Positions 1 through 10,495 of a stretch of DNA of 53,701 nt are shown one piece after another. Numbering within the stretch: the first letter of the stretch is position 1; every line of letters begins with the position of its first letter. Below the pieces are notes generated by a model that had not been told where the DNA came from, searched no databases, and was given only the letters and a program-made list of their open reading frames with translations. Origin of the DNA: a bacterium (GTDB lineage: Bacteria; CLD3; SB21). The DNA lies in NCBI GenBank assembly GCA_013359335.1, contig JABWBZ010000001.1, positions 1-53,701 on the forward strand, in the 5' to 3' direction. Made by a program: the position numbers and the translations under genes.

Positions 1-1855
1 AATGCCCGTGCAATTCCTCGTCGGGAATGAAAACGATATGTTTCGTCGACAGCGCGCTGACGGGAATCGGTTTGAATGGTTCAGAACTGTTGTGTGCGCG
101 GTACCAGACCGTCGAAGCGCACGGATCGTCGGTCTGAAATTCAATCAAATAGCCATGGCCGTTTCCGAAAATCATTTTTTGAATTTTAATTCCGGAAATC
201 GCCGGCGCCGATCGATCGATAAAAAAACGGGAACGGTCTTCAACGACGCTGCCGTCTTTATTGGCTATCATGAGCCGCAGACTGTAAGGCCCGTCAGCCA
301 ATGATTGTAAATTCAACGAAGCGAGGCGCGCGTTGACCACTTGGCGGTTTTCAACGGTCCGCAGCAAGATCCATTCGGATGGATTCGAGCCGGCGCCGTA
401 ATAAACCGAATACTGTTTGAGAAACGCGCCGGAAGCCGTCCCGAGAATATCGAGCGTATCGGAAGAAACGCCTTGATCGGTTGCAGGAAAATTAATCCGG
501 GCAATGGAAGCATAAGCGACCTGAAGCGCTCGAAAAGCGTTAATCCGTCCGGCGCCGTAATATTGATCCCAGCCGTTTTCGCCGATATCGTCCGCGGATG
601 TTTCGATAATCGATTTGATTTCTTCGGCGCTAAATTCCGGATGATGCGAAATAACCAGCGCAGCGAGCGCCGACACTAGCGGCGCACTGGCGGATGTGCC
701 TGAAAAATAATTATACCCGCCACCGCGAACCGTAGAATAAACGTTCACGCCGGGCGCGGCCACATTGATCGATACGCCGTAATTTGAAAACGTTGCAAAA
801 AAATCGTCCGGGCCGGTCGCGCTGACGGAAATCGTTTCGTCGAATCCTGAAGGATAATGATAGGCAGGCGAAGCATCGTTGCCGGCGGATGCAACCATAA
901 CGACGTTGTGTTCGTAGGCGTATCGAATCGCGTCGCGCAGGAGCGGAGAAAATTCTTTATCGCCGAAACTCATATTGATGACGCGCGCGCCGTTGTCGAC
1001 GGCATAGATGATCGCTTGCGCCACGTCGTCTTCCTGTAAAAATCCTGAAGCCGATCCCGCGCGCAGCGGCATGATGGCACATCCGTAAGCCAGGCCGATG
1101 ACGCCCGTATGATTATGGCCTTCCGCACCGATGATGCCGGCGACCGCCGTTCCGTGTCCGTTATCATCAAGCGGATCATTGTCGGGATCCAGAAAGTCCC
1201 CGTTGTCGTCAAATCCGGGCGCATCGACAAAATCCCACCCGCGCCAGTCGTCAATGTATCCATTGCCGTCATCATCCACACCGTTCGTCCGCCGGTCATG
1301 GCCTGAATCATCCGTTCCTATTTCACCGGGATTTTGCCATATCTGATTGGACAAATCCGGATGCAGATAATCGATGCCCGAATCGATGATGCTTATCAAA
1401 ATATCACGCGTGCCTTTTTGTAAATTCCACGCATCAAGCGCTCTCACGAGCATAATCCAGTACAGACTGTCAACGTGCATGTCGTTGGGCTTTACGGCAT
1501 CTATTTTAAAAACGTGATTGACGGCGGCATAATCGACATCCGGATCGTTTTGATAACGTTCTAACGCACCGGCAAGATCCTTCGAATCAAAAAAATCCAT
1601 GACGTAAATATTTTTAAAACGATCCCGGACGGCCGATTTTTTTAACGCGGATTGCCGGGAAGTTCCGGCGAATTTTTTTAGGGTTGACGGTGTTTTTTTG
1701 GACAACGGCTGATTGGAATTCATCATCGGTCGAAAAGATTCAGGAATGGCGTCCGATTTGAATTTGATAATGATGGATGAGGAAAACTTTTCCTGGGAAA
1801 ATCCCGATGAGCCAAAGCAGGCGGCGATTAAAAATAAAATTAAAATGAATGGCAT
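1..1855 (-). CDS. Subtilisin-like (S8) serine peptidase, secreted or lipoprotein; C-terminus lies beyond the left window edge
   Basis: It is absent from the ORF track because it runs off the left edge. My hand translation of the reverse strand from the ATG at 1853-1855 stayed open in every segment I checked (1561-1855 and 241-360). The signal peptide MPFILILFLIAAC has a lipobox-like end. The catalytic triad motifs are IDSGID (Asp), HGTAVAG (His) and GTSASAPLVSALAA (Ser codon at 692-694). An Asp-rich DDDGNGYIDD insert is typical of S8 enzymes. Confidence 0.85.
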   Translation of the reverse strand, partial: MPFILILFLIAACFGSSGFSQEKFSSSIIIKFKSDAIPESFRPMMNSNQPLSKKTPSTLKKFAGTSRQSALKKSAVRDRFKNIYVMDFFDSKDLAGALERYQNDPDVDYAAVNHVFKIDAVKPNDMHVDSLYWIMLVRALDAWNLQKGTRDILISIIDSGIDYLHPDLSNQIWQNPGEIGTDDSGHDRRTNGVDDDGNGYIDDWRGWDFVDAPGFDDNGDFLDPDNDPLDDNGHGTAVAGIIGAEGHNHTGVIGLAYGCAIMPLRAGSASGFLQEDDVAQAIIYAVDNGARVINMSFGDKEFSPLLRDAIRYAYEHNVVMVASAGNDASPAYHYPSGFDETISVSATGPDDFFATFSNYGVSINVAAPGVNVYSTVRGGGYNYFSGTSASAPLVSALAALVISHHPEFSAEEIKSIIETSADDIGENGWDQYYGAGRINAFRALQVAYASIARINFPATDQGVSSDTLDILGTASGAFLKQYSVYYGAGSNPSEWILLRTVENRQVVNARLASLNLQSLADGPYSLRLMIANKDGSVVEDRSRFFIDRSAPAISGIKIQKMIFGNGHGYLIEFQTDDPCASTVWYRAHNSSEPFKPIPVSALSTKHIVFIPDEELHGH

Positions 1856-1912
1856 ACGACGGGCAAATTACAAAAAACGCTCCCGTGAGTCAAAGGAAAT
1901 CCCCGTTTTTAC

Positions 1913-1941
1913 TTGAAAAATGAGGCTTGAACCGGTATATT
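1913..1941 (+). promoter_or_regulatory. Putative sigma70-type promoter of the TerC-family gene
   Basis: TTGAAA (1913-1918), a 17-nt spacer, then TATATT (1936-1941), about 35 nt upstream of the GTG start at 1977. Confidence 0.45.
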
Positions 1942-1976
1942 GATGCCCGTTTTTTGAATGATACTGACGAGGTTGT

Positions 1977-2666
1977 GTGCATTTTGAATCGAGCGACCTG
2001 ATCACGATTGCATTGCTGATACTTTTGGAAGGCCTGCTAAGCGCGGACAATGCCATCGTTCTGGCAGTACTGGTCATGCCGCTGCCGCCGGACCAGCAAA
2101 AAAAAGCATTGAAATACGGCATCATCGGCGCGTTTGTTTTCCGCATCATTGCCGTGATGCTGGCCGTTTATCTGCTGCACTTTCCTATCGTCAAAATCAT
2201 CGGCGGATTATATTTGATTTATCTTGCGGCCGATCATTTTTTCAGAAAACATCCTGATCAAGAACGGCGACCAACCCCTAAAAAATTTTTCGGCCTTTCG
2301 GCATTCTGGAGTACGGTCATCGCCGTCGAATTGACCGATATCGTTTTCTCGGCTGATTCCATCCTGGCCGCTGTAGCGTTGTCGAATAAGAAATGGGTAG
2401 TGATTACCGGCGGTATTATCGGGATCATCACGATGCGCATGGTTGCAGGCGTTTTTTTACAAATCATCAAAAAATTTCCGAAATTGGTCGACGGCGCTTA
2501 CGTAATTGTCTTTTTTATCGGCGCTAAACTTTTTGCCGAATATTTCGATTTCATTATGCCCAAGTGGATTACCTTTGGCGTGATCGGCATGATCATTCTG
2601 ATCAGCATCGTGATATCGATCAGCGAAGGAAAATCGGAAACGGACATTTCAAATAACAGGAGTTAA
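1977..2666 (+). CDS. TerC-family integral membrane protein
   Basis: The 229-aa polytopic ORF has the duplicated TerC signature LLSADNAIVLAV and FSADSILAAVAL. It uses a GTG start. Confidence 0.8.
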   Translation: MHFESSDLITIALLILLEGLLSADNAIVLAVLVMPLPPDQQKKALKYGIIGAFVFRIIAVMLAVYLLHFPIVKIIGGLYLIYLAADHFFRKHPDQERRPTPKKFFGLSAFWSTVIAVELTDIVFSADSILAAVALSNKKWVVITGGIIGIITMRMVAGVFLQIIKKFPKLVDGAYVIVFFIGAKLFAEYFDFIMPKWITFGVIGMIILISIVISISEGKSETDISNNRS

Positions 2667-2669
2667 AAT

Positions 2670-4364
2670 ATGATGCTTTTCATGCACACAATGGTTTGCA
2701 TGCTCGCATTGGTTTGGATTACCGGCTGTAAACAAAACAACGATCAAGTCCTCGTGAAAATCGGCAACAAAGACTCGATCAACGTGGCTGAATTGAAGGA
2801 AGCGTTAAAATTTTCCTACGGCGATGAAACCAAAACCGTGTCACGCCAGGATCAAAAAAATCTGCTTATGAAATTGACCGACAACCAGTTGCTTTTTATC
2901 GGCGCACTCGAGATGAACCTGATTCAAGATTCCGTATTTCAATCGGAATTCAACCGAGCGAAAGAAAATATTGTCCGGCAGGCCGCTTTGGAAAAATACA
3001 TTTACGGTCACTTTATCAACGATCGATCCATTTCAATTTTCGAACGTCATTTGAATAAATCGATTGACGTTCAGCATCTTGTTATCGGTTATAACACCGG
3101 TAAGGATTCTAAAATTCAACGATCGAAAGCAGCGGCTAAAACTCTGGCAGATTCCATTTATGCCATAGCGACGATAGGAAACTTAAATTCACTGATAGAG
3201 GCCTATTCGGATAACAAAGATAATAAAACCGGTAAAGGCAATATTCGCGTCCAGAAAATGACGATCGGTAAATTGCCGTTTATGTACGAACAAACGATTT
3301 CCAGCAGCCTGCCTAACGCCATCACCCAGCCTATTGAAATTCCCGGTGCGTTCGTCATTGCCAAATTAAGCGGCGATTTTAAGCCGGCGCAGGAGCATAA
3401 AAAATTGTCGCGAAAAGAAATAATTTTCGAGTTGAGAGAAAAACTGGGACTTTCGGATAATTATTTACTCATGAATCGTTACAACGCGTTTCTGGATTCG
3501 CTCCAGTCGCTCAACCGCGTAACGCTTTATGATGCTCAGATTGACAGTTTTGTGGCGATGATAGGCGAGAACGATAACACGTCATCCATGCGCGACAAAA
3601 TAACCGGGGATAAAATTCTCGCCGGCTTCGGCAATGGCCGCAGCATCACGGCGCTGCAATTAATCAATTCGTACGGCGCCGATGCGGCATGGAGAAATCT
3701 AAATCGCAACATCATTGCCGAGCGCGTGAAACAAATGGTCAAAGACGAGCTTTTAAAAGACGCGCTTCGTAAAGAAGGTTATACAGAATCCGATGAATTC
3801 AATTTTAAAATACGCGAATGGTCGAGGCAATTCGCCGCAGGTATTCTGAAAAGCGGTAAATTAGTTTATACCGGCATCATACCGGTCGACGAATTGCGCC
3901 GATACTATGAGGATAATCGGGAACAATTTTCCGTACCAGGTTCGATGAAAATACTTGAAGTTTATTCCGCTCATTTTGATGCGCTGGATTCCGTGGCGCA
4001 ATTGGTTGATGACAAAGTCGATATGGTCAAAGCGGCCGAACAAGTCAACGGTAAAAAGAAAGACCGGATCATTACCATCAAAGAGCCGGCTAATTATCCC
4101 GATACTCAGAATGACGAGCTTGTGAAGAAAGCGCTGAGCCTGAAGCCGGGCGAAGTCAGCAAGATTTTTCAGCGAAAAGACGGCGGCTATTCCATGATCA
4201 GATTGATGGAAAAAAATGAAAAGAAAATTTCGCCGTTCGATGCGGTCAAAAATCAGGTCGAGCACGCCTGCCGGGATGTACGTCAAAAGAAAATGTTGGA
4301 AAAATTTCTGCATGAACTCAAACTGAAATATCCCGTGACGGTTTACGAAGGTCATTTGAAATGA
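2670..4364 (+). CDS. SurA/PpiD-like periplasmic chaperone lipoprotein with a parvulin-type PPIase-like C-terminal domain
   Basis: 564-aa ORF with an AGGAG site 8 nt upstream. The signal peptide has the lipobox WITGC. The C-terminal segment LKPGEVSKIFQRKDGGYSMIRLMEK resembles the parvulin domain end, and the long helical N-terminus resembles SurA_N/PpiD. Confidence 0.6.
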   Translation: MMLFMHTMVCMLALVWITGCKQNNDQVLVKIGNKDSINVAELKEALKFSYGDETKTVSRQDQKNLLMKLTDNQLLFIGALEMNLIQDSVFQSEFNRAKENIVRQAALEKYIYGHFINDRSISIFERHLNKSIDVQHLVIGYNTGKDSKIQRSKAAAKTLADSIYAIATIGNLNSLIEAYSDNKDNKTGKGNIRVQKMTIGKLPFMYEQTISSSLPNAITQPIEIPGAFVIAKLSGDFKPAQEHKKLSRKEIIFELREKLGLSDNYLLMNRYNAFLDSLQSLNRVTLYDAQIDSFVAMIGENDNTSSMRDKITGDKILAGFGNGRSITALQLINSYGADAAWRNLNRNIIAERVKQMVKDELLKDALRKEGYTESDEFNFKIREWSRQFAAGILKSGKLVYTGIIPVDELRRYYEDNREQFSVPGSMKILEVYSAHFDALDSVAQLVDDKVDMVKAAEQVNGKKKDRIITIKEPANYPDTQNDELVKKALSLKPGEVSKIFQRKDGGYSMIRLMEKNEKKISPFDAVKNQVEHACRDVRQKKMLEKFLHELKLKYPVTVYEGHLK

Positions 4365-5173
4365 AATGGATCGTGATAACCGCCGTTATGGCCTGCGCTT
4401 GCAGCGAGGCCAAGCCTGATTACATTGTAAAAATCGGTGAATCGGTTCTTACCGAAGCGATGGTCGACAGCGCCTTGCGCAATGACGTCCGAGGCCAGAC
4501 CAATGCGCGCGATTTATATATCCAGCAATGGATTCAAACCGAGACCCTGTATCAGAAAGCGAGGCTTGCCGGCGCCGATAAAGATCCGCGTTATCAGCAT
4601 CAAATCGCATTAATTCAAAAAGAGCTGTTGGTGCAGACGTACGTCGAAGGTGAACTGGATAAATCGATCCAGGTAACGAAACAGGAAATCGAAGAATTTT
4701 ATCAGCAGCACAGCAAGGAATTTGAAATTCCTGAAGACCAGGTGAAGACGGAATATTTTTTTACGCGCGAAAAACAAAAAGCCAAAAATCTTGAACAGCA
4801 GCTTATCCGGATGGCTCGCATTCGCGTGAAAGATTTTGTCGATATGGTGACGCAGGCCGCCTCCGACAGCGATATCATCGGTGCGACGGAGTTTCTGCCG
4901 CGGGATAAATTCGAAGAAAAGATTGCGAAATATCTTTTTGCAAAAAATGCTACGGATGAAATTATCGGGCCGATTCAGAATAAGGACGGTTATTATACGC
5001 TCTGGCATGTAGAGGAAATACGTCCGAAAGGCACGCCACGCCCGCTAGCCCAGGTTGAAGGCGAAATCGAAGCGCGCCTCAAAGCCATCAAACGGAAACG
5101 AAAAACCGAAGAATTGGTCAAAAAAGTCAAAAACGAAATTCCTATCGACTATAACACGCCGCTTGTACCCTGA
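4361..5173 (+). CDS. Second, shorter SurA/parvulin-like periplasmic chaperone, probable lipoprotein
   Basis: 270-aa ORF whose start overlaps the upstream stop (ATGA). The N-terminus MKWIVITAVMACAC is signal-like. The segment DEIIGPIQNKDGYYTLWHVEEIRPKG resembles the end of a parvulin fold. Confidence 0.5.
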   Translation: MKWIVITAVMACACSEAKPDYIVKIGESVLTEAMVDSALRNDVRGQTNARDLYIQQWIQTETLYQKARLAGADKDPRYQHQIALIQKELLVQTYVEGELDKSIQVTKQEIEEFYQQHSKEFEIPEDQVKTEYFFTREKQKAKNLEQQLIRMARIRVKDFVDMVTQAASDSDIIGATEFLPRDKFEEKIAKYLFAKNATDEIIGPIQNKDGYYTLWHVEEIRPKGTPRPLAQVEGEIEARLKAIKRKRKTEELVKKVKNEIPIDYNTPLVP

Positions 5174-5180
5174 TTTCCAC

Positions 5181-7682
5181 TTAAATTCTCACAAAATACT
5201 GAAACTTCACGAACACGCTCTGCTGAGTTTGAGTCAAACCGTTGTAGTTGGGATACGGATCGTTCTCGCCGCCGAAATGCGCACCGATAAAAAACACCGT
5301 AAAAGGATTGATCTTATAACTGATCAAAGGATCGACGCTGTAGAATTTTGACCTGGAATGATCGCGTCGGTATTTTCCGGTTCCTTCGACAATAAAATTT
5401 CCGTCGTCATCCGTCGCCGATTCATTGGACTCCTTGACCGTATACTCGCCGATGATACGTAAAAACAGGCGGCGGGTAAATTGATAAGCCAACGTATTGC
5501 GGAAAATCTTCTGTGCCGTGATCAGGCTACCGCCGTAATGCGTCCAAAGATTGAATTGCCGGTAATCGATCTGATTGGACAATTGATGAGTCGGCTTGAA
5601 CGTAATCCATGTCTGGAAGTTAAATCCCTTGGCTTTGGCGAGCGGATTGCGCGGATCATCGATTCCTTGGTTGTCGATATTGCCTGAGCGATTGATGTAA
5701 TTGCCGTTTTCAGTCCAAAATCCGCCGTAGAGTTTTTTGTAAACTTTGGTGCCGAATTCAAAAGCAAAACGGTGAATGTGATCGAATTGCCGATCTCTGA
5801 AATTTTCGTTGTTAAGCGCGGCAACGCTCATCCAGACGTACGTCTGTTTTTTGAATTGAATAAAAAGCTGCGGATTGATCCACCAGTCTTTTAACTTTCC
5901 GTCATAGTTATATTTTCTATTGAATTGCAAACGCGGCTCGACGCGATCGAGAACGGTTGATTCAGGATAGTAGAACGTATAACGTTGATACGAGCCGATT
6001 TCGCGTAGATTATTGGAATTGATGAATCCGCTTTCCGAGCGAAATCCAGGTGAACGGTCATTGTACCACGCAAAAAATCCCCAATGTTTTGCCGTTCTGT
6101 CCAGAGTCAGCCGCCATAAATGTCCATCAAATTTTTCACCGTCAAAATCACCGGTGTATGTCGTCCGGCCTTCTTTGAAAGATTCGAAATCGATGTCTTC
6201 TTCCGTTAAAAGCGAATCGTTGGATTCATTGGTGTGACTCATGCTGGCCAATGCCGATAATGTATATTTGGAATTCAGACGCACTTTGGCGTCAATAGTA
6301 CCGACGGAATTCGATGCATCCGAAAGCCGGCGATCCGTCCCGGTAAAGCCAATATACGTACCGGTGCTGAGTTCGTATTTCGAGCGCAGAATATTAGACA
6401 TCGAATTTTTGCTTGTCAATAAACCCGGCCCGCTTTCCTCGAATGGGATAACGTATTGCGTACTTTCGTCATAGCCCGAGATGTAGCCGAAACTCAGTTT
6501 TCCCGCTTTGCCGGAAATTTTACCCACTACCAAAGGATCGCTGATCGTGCGGGTGTAGAGTAAGTTTATGTCCTGGTCGACATAAAAAATATCGCGGCCT
6601 TCGAGGAAGAAAGGGCGTTTTTCATTGTAAAACAATGCAAACGGATTGTTGGCGCTGATTTGTCCGGCGTCCGATTCGATTTGACTGAAATCGGGATTAT
6701 ACGCCAGATCTAAGGTCATGTTGGATGTCAATCCGTATTTTAGATTAAACCCGACATCACCGTCGTACTTGCGTTTTTCCCATTTGCCATTTCCATCGTC
6801 TTTTTCGATCAATGATTTTTCGGAGGTGCCGACCGTGTACGGCAGAAATTCAATATTGCGCAAAGACGTTTCGGGAATTTTCATTTTCAGATGTCCGGCC
6901 TGTGCGTATTGATTGCTGATATCGCGCGACGTCGCCATCCATGAGTACACGTAACGGCTTTCCCGCGGATAAATTCGGTAAAAATGAATCAGCCAGTCTT
7001 GTTCCGGTTTATTGGGAAAGCGCAGGCTTTTGAACGGAATTTTAATTTCCGCCGTCCAGCGGTCGTCGTAAATTTTGGCCGCAGATTCCCACACCGCGTC
7101 GAAACTGTCGTCTTCATTGCCCGTCACGTCGACGCTCAGATCGGCCTGCACGCCCAGTGGATTGACGAAAAATTCAAATCCGTTGAGTTGGGCGCCGAAA
7201 GGGTCGATATTCACTCCGACGAAATCGTCTTCATACAGCGCGTCCCGATCGCTCAAAACTGCGCGTAATTTTTTCATGTCGGGATCGTGGCAGATAAAAG
7301 CGATGTACAAATATTTATCATCGTGCGTAATATAACCTTCCGTTAAGGCTTTAGGTTTTTGTTTTTCGTTAGGATAATTTTCGGAAAAATTGTAGAAATG
7401 AGTCGCCTGCATCCAAATATCTTCTATTTCTCCATCGACGATTGGTGATAAAGATAAAGGCTGAGCATGTAATGTCAGTATCGGATTCGGCGCAAAAATT
7501 TTTGATTCATCGGAAATGGTCGCCGAAGCCAAAGTTCCGCTTTGAATATTGGCAAACAATTGGAACGGCATCGCCAGCAGCAAGAGAAACAACAGGCTGA
7601 TTAAAATTGAAATCAAAAGCCTTTCGCTATAAGGCAATCGGCCAAGCGTCTCATATACATGTTTCATTACTATTCTCTCCAA
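5181..7682 (-). CDS. Large secreted or outer-membrane protein with a CBM9/DOMON-like N-terminal domain and a DUF5916-like beta-rich body
   Basis: 833-aa ORF with an N-terminal signal/TM segment. PIVDGEIEDIWMQATHF...DDKYLYIAFICHD resembles the CBM9-like family as I recall it. The C-terminal region is aromatic- and Gly-rich and ends in F-x-VRI, which is beta-barrel-like. Confidence 0.5.
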   Translation of the reverse strand: MERIVMKHVYETLGRLPYSERLLISILISLLFLLLLAMPFQLFANIQSGTLASATISDESKIFAPNPILTLHAQPLSLSPIVDGEIEDIWMQATHFYNFSENYPNEKQKPKALTEGYITHDDKYLYIAFICHDPDMKKLRAVLSDRDALYEDDFVGVNIDPFGAQLNGFEFFVNPLGVQADLSVDVTGNEDDSFDAVWESAAKIYDDRWTAEIKIPFKSLRFPNKPEQDWLIHFYRIYPRESRYVYSWMATSRDISNQYAQAGHLKMKIPETSLRNIEFLPYTVGTSEKSLIEKDDGNGKWEKRKYDGDVGFNLKYGLTSNMTLDLAYNPDFSQIESDAGQISANNPFALFYNEKRPFFLEGRDIFYVDQDINLLYTRTISDPLVVGKISGKAGKLSFGYISGYDESTQYVIPFEESGPGLLTSKNSMSNILRSKYELSTGTYIGFTGTDRRLSDASNSVGTIDAKVRLNSKYTLSALASMSHTNESNDSLLTEEDIDFESFKEGRTTYTGDFDGEKFDGHLWRLTLDRTAKHWGFFAWYNDRSPGFRSESGFINSNNLREIGSYQRYTFYYPESTVLDRVEPRLQFNRKYNYDGKLKDWWINPQLFIQFKKQTYVWMSVAALNNENFRDRQFDHIHRFAFEFGTKVYKKLYGGFWTENGNYINRSGNIDNQGIDDPRNPLAKAKGFNFQTWITFKPTHQLSNQIDYRQFNLWTHYGGSLITAQKIFRNTLAYQFTRRLFLRIIGEYTVKESNESATDDDGNFIVEGTGKYRRDHSRSKFYSVDPLISYKINPFTVFFIGAHFGGENDPYPNYNGLTQTQQSVFVKFQYFVRI

Positions 7683-7864
7683 TGGTAACTAACGAATGAT
7701 TCAAAATTAAATTTATTTGAACAATAACCAATTCATGTCAACAGGCCGAAGATTTAAAATTTGGTTGATTAAAACAATCCGAAAATTGCTATGATGGCGG
7801 TAAAAATTTCTCACTCTTGAACCGTGATGAGCGTTTTACGCTGGCAGACGATCTAAAGTTGCGG

Positions 7865-8440
7865 CTACGGTTGTTGAATTTTTTTCAACAAGTCGTTGAG
7901 AATTTGTCCGGTCACGCCCCAGATGGTATGTTCTCCAAAATCGTAGTAATGGATTTCATAAATGCGGCTTTGATACATCCGATAACCGGTGCGATGATGA
8001 GATTCGAGCAGTAAATGCCGAAGCGGAACTTCAATTAATTCAGCCGTTTCGTGCGGATTAATTTTAAATGAATAGGGATATGGAATGACGCCGACAAAAG
8101 GAGTAACACGAAAACGAGTCGGTGTAAACATATCGTCCAATTCAGCGAGAATTTCCACGCGCGATTGGTCTAGGCCAATTTCTTCTTCCGTTTCCCGCAA
8201 AGCGGTATGGCGCAAATCAGGATCGGTTAATTCGTATGCGCCTCCCGGAAATGAAATCTGGCCTTTGTGATGTCGTACCGTTTGAGTGCGTTTAGCGAAA
8301 AGCAAAAACGGCTCGCCATTTTTTTCATAAAAAGGAATCAGCACGGCTGCGGGTATGAAAGAACCTAATTCTAACGCGAGTTTATGTTGAATGGATTGAA
8401 CGCGGGATTTATAAATTTCAAATGATGAGTCGGCCGGCAT
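7865..8440 (-). CDS. NUDIX hydrolase, CoA pyrophosphatase type (NudL/NUDT7-like)
   Basis: The Nudix box is GQISFPGGAYELTDPDLRHTALRETEEEIGL, preceded by LLFAKRTQTV. I place the start at the internal Met (MPADSS, 8440) because the longer ORF (to 8491) would overlap the upstream gene by 49 nt. Confidence 0.75.
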   Translation of the reverse strand: MPADSSFEIYKSRVQSIQHKLALELGSFIPAAVLIPFYEKNGEPFLLFAKRTQTVRHHKGQISFPGGAYELTDPDLRHTALRETEEEIGLDQSRVEILAELDDMFTPTRFRVTPFVGVIPYPYSFKINPHETAELIEVPLRHLLLESHHRTGYRMYQSRIYEIHYYDFGEHTIWGVTGQILNDLLKKIQQP

Positions 8441-8442
8441 AT

Positions 8443-10419
8443 TTATTTTTCTAACAATTCGATGATCCGTAAAATTTCTGCAACGCTCCAAGCTTGTGCG
8501 ATACAGCCTTTGGGAAAATGCGGCGGATCGCCGTCGTAAATTTCAGAAATCGTTCCGATGCCGGCGTCGTTCAGTTGAGTTGCAAAAGGTTCGATCAGCG
8601 TGCGGGCAAATGTTTTGGCTGCTTCACCGTCGTGCGTTTTCAAATAAGCTTCGATAAAAGCGCCAAGCAGCCACGGCCACACCGTTCCTTGGTGATACGC
8701 CGCATCGCGGTGGTAAGGATCGCCGGCGTAGACGCCGGTATACGACGGATGCGACGGCGACAAAGTCCGCAATCCGTAAGGCGTGAGCAGTTCGTTTTGA
8801 ATTTTTTCGATTATCAATTTACACCGATCCGTGTCGAGAAGCGAAAAAGGAAGGCTTACGGCGAAAATTTGATTGGGGCGCACGTCGCCGTTTTTTTCTT
8901 CGCCGTTGATATAATCGTATAAATAATTCCCTTCGGAAAACCAAAATTGTTCGTTAAAACTATTTTTCGTTTTTTCTGCCATCGTTTTGTATTTCTCGGC
9001 GTCATCCGTTTGTTGTAACGCGCGGCTCAATTCATGCATGATACACAATGCGTTGTACCAAAGCGCGTTGATTTCGACGCATTTGCCCGTACGCGGCGTG
9101 ACAACCCAATCGCCGATTTTAGCGTCCATCCAGGTAAGTTGTACTCCGCTTTCGCCCGCGTAAAGCAAACCGTCGTCCTCCATTTTAATATTGTAGCGGG
9201 TGCCATGAACGTGCCACGCGATAATATCCGCGAGGCGTTCGTATAAAACCGTGCGAATCAGTCCGTCATCATTCGTCGCCTGCCAGTAACGGTATGCGGC
9301 GACAAAAAACCACAACGTTCCATCGACGTTATTGTATTCCGGCGTTTCGTCAAGATCGGGAAATCGATTGGGGATCATGCCTTGAGAAATATATTCGGCA
9401 AAGGACAAAAGAATCGCTTTAGCAACGTCGTACCGTTTACAAGTCAGGGTCAATCCCGGTAAGGCGATCATCGTATCGCGGCCCCAATCGCCGAACCAAT
9501 GATAACCGGCGATGATCGTGTGGCGGTTGCCGGAACGTTTTACCAAAAATGAATCCGCCGACAACGCCAGCGATTGCGCCGCCGGATGCCGCAACGGAAA
9601 ATGTTCCGTATACGCTTTACGCCGCTGAATTTCATAATTCATCAATTGCCCGATGTCTTTGGATTTCAGAGAACTCGCACGATTGGTTTCACAGGTAATC
9701 AGAATATCAAGCGATTCACCGCCGTGCAATGTCGCCGATATAATTGCGTGGCTGAAAAGATCTTCGGTAAAATCCAGACCGCGTTCGTGTTCTTTTCTGT
9801 ATTCGGTATTTTTGTACCAGAAAAATTTTGGTTCAACCGAACCTAAATTATAATGAAAAGACAGGCGCGGCAAACCGGGATAAGGCTGGATCGAAAACTG
9901 ATACGCGCCGGCGTCGGTGTTTTTGTTAATATTCGTGTTCTCTTTGGATAAACTGTGATAATCGCGGAAAGAACATAATGGCCGGAGCGATAACGTCACA
10001 GGCTGATCCGCCTTGATGAGGCGATAGCGCAGAATCGTCGAATTCTCACCTTCGATCATCAGGATATTTTTTTCGATAACAATATCATGGACTCGGTAGA
10101 TTATTTTCGGGTAAAGGTCATATTCAAAACAGTCGATATTTTTGTGGCCTTCCGGAAAAATAATAAACGGATATTGGTTCGTCGACAGTTCGTACGTTTT
10201 GCCGTTGAAATTCAGGCTTTCTTCCATTTTAGAGAGGAGCACAAACCGGTGCGTTGGCGGACGGAGCGACGCGACGAGCAGGCCGTGATAACGCCGCGTA
10301 TTGGCTCCGATCACGGTGGAGGAGGCAAATCCGCCGATGCCGTTGGTTTCAAGCCATTCCTTTTGAGTGGCGTAATAATAATCGGCGCAGGTTTCTTTCG
10401 GGATTTTGAGCGGTTCCAT
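8443..10419 (-). CDS. Glycogen debranching enzyme, amylo-alpha-1,6-glucosidase (archaeal-type GDE)
   Basis: 658-aa ORF with a GDE_N-like N-terminus (WLETNGIGGFASSTV..NTRRYHGLL). The C-terminal (alpha/alpha)6 motifs are WFGDWGRDT and AYHQGTVWPWLLGAF. Confidence 0.8.
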   Translation of the reverse strand: MEPLKIPKETCADYYYATQKEWLETNGIGGFASSTVIGANTRRYHGLLVASLRPPTHRFVLLSKMEESLNFNGKTYELSTNQYPFIIFPEGHKNIDCFEYDLYPKIIYRVHDIVIEKNILMIEGENSTILRYRLIKADQPVTLSLRPLCSFRDYHSLSKENTNINKNTDAGAYQFSIQPYPGLPRLSFHYNLGSVEPKFFWYKNTEYRKEHERGLDFTEDLFSHAIISATLHGGESLDILITCETNRASSLKSKDIGQLMNYEIQRRKAYTEHFPLRHPAAQSLALSADSFLVKRSGNRHTIIAGYHWFGDWGRDTMIALPGLTLTCKRYDVAKAILLSFAEYISQGMIPNRFPDLDETPEYNNVDGTLWFFVAAYRYWQATNDDGLIRTVLYERLADIIAWHVHGTRYNIKMEDDGLLYAGESGVQLTWMDAKIGDWVVTPRTGKCVEINALWYNALCIMHELSRALQQTDDAEKYKTMAEKTKNSFNEQFWFSEGNYLYDYINGEEKNGDVRPNQIFAVSLPFSLLDTDRCKLIIEKIQNELLTPYGLRTLSPSHPSYTGVYAGDPYHRDAAYHQGTVWPWLLGAFIEAYLKTHDGEAAKTFARTLIEPFATQLNDAGIGTISEIYDGDPPHFPKGCIAQAWSVAEILRIIELLEK

Positions 10420-10495
10420 GCAGTTCTTGTCTCACGTTGTCGCCCTGAATTCGTTTCAGGGTATGTTTGTTTCTATAGAATGATGTTATAACAAA

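Noticed and set aside
1856-1976. A possible yybP-ykoY (Mn2+) riboswitch upstream of the TerC-family gene
   Set aside because: I looked for the conserved GGGGAGUAG ... GAGAC core and four-helix arrangement and could not find it. The region is only about 120 nt and is better explained by a simple promoter. An Infernal scan would settle it.
3861-4355. A 164-aa minus-strand ORF inside the first SurA-like gene
   Set aside because: It is antisense to a gene with a signal peptide and an RBS. The product is Phe/Ile/Arg-rich with no motifs.
8441-8491. The N-terminal extension of the NUDIX ORF
   Set aside because: It would overlap the debranching-enzyme gene by 49 nt. The internal Met at 8440 gives a 2-nt gap and a normal-length CoA pyrophosphatase.
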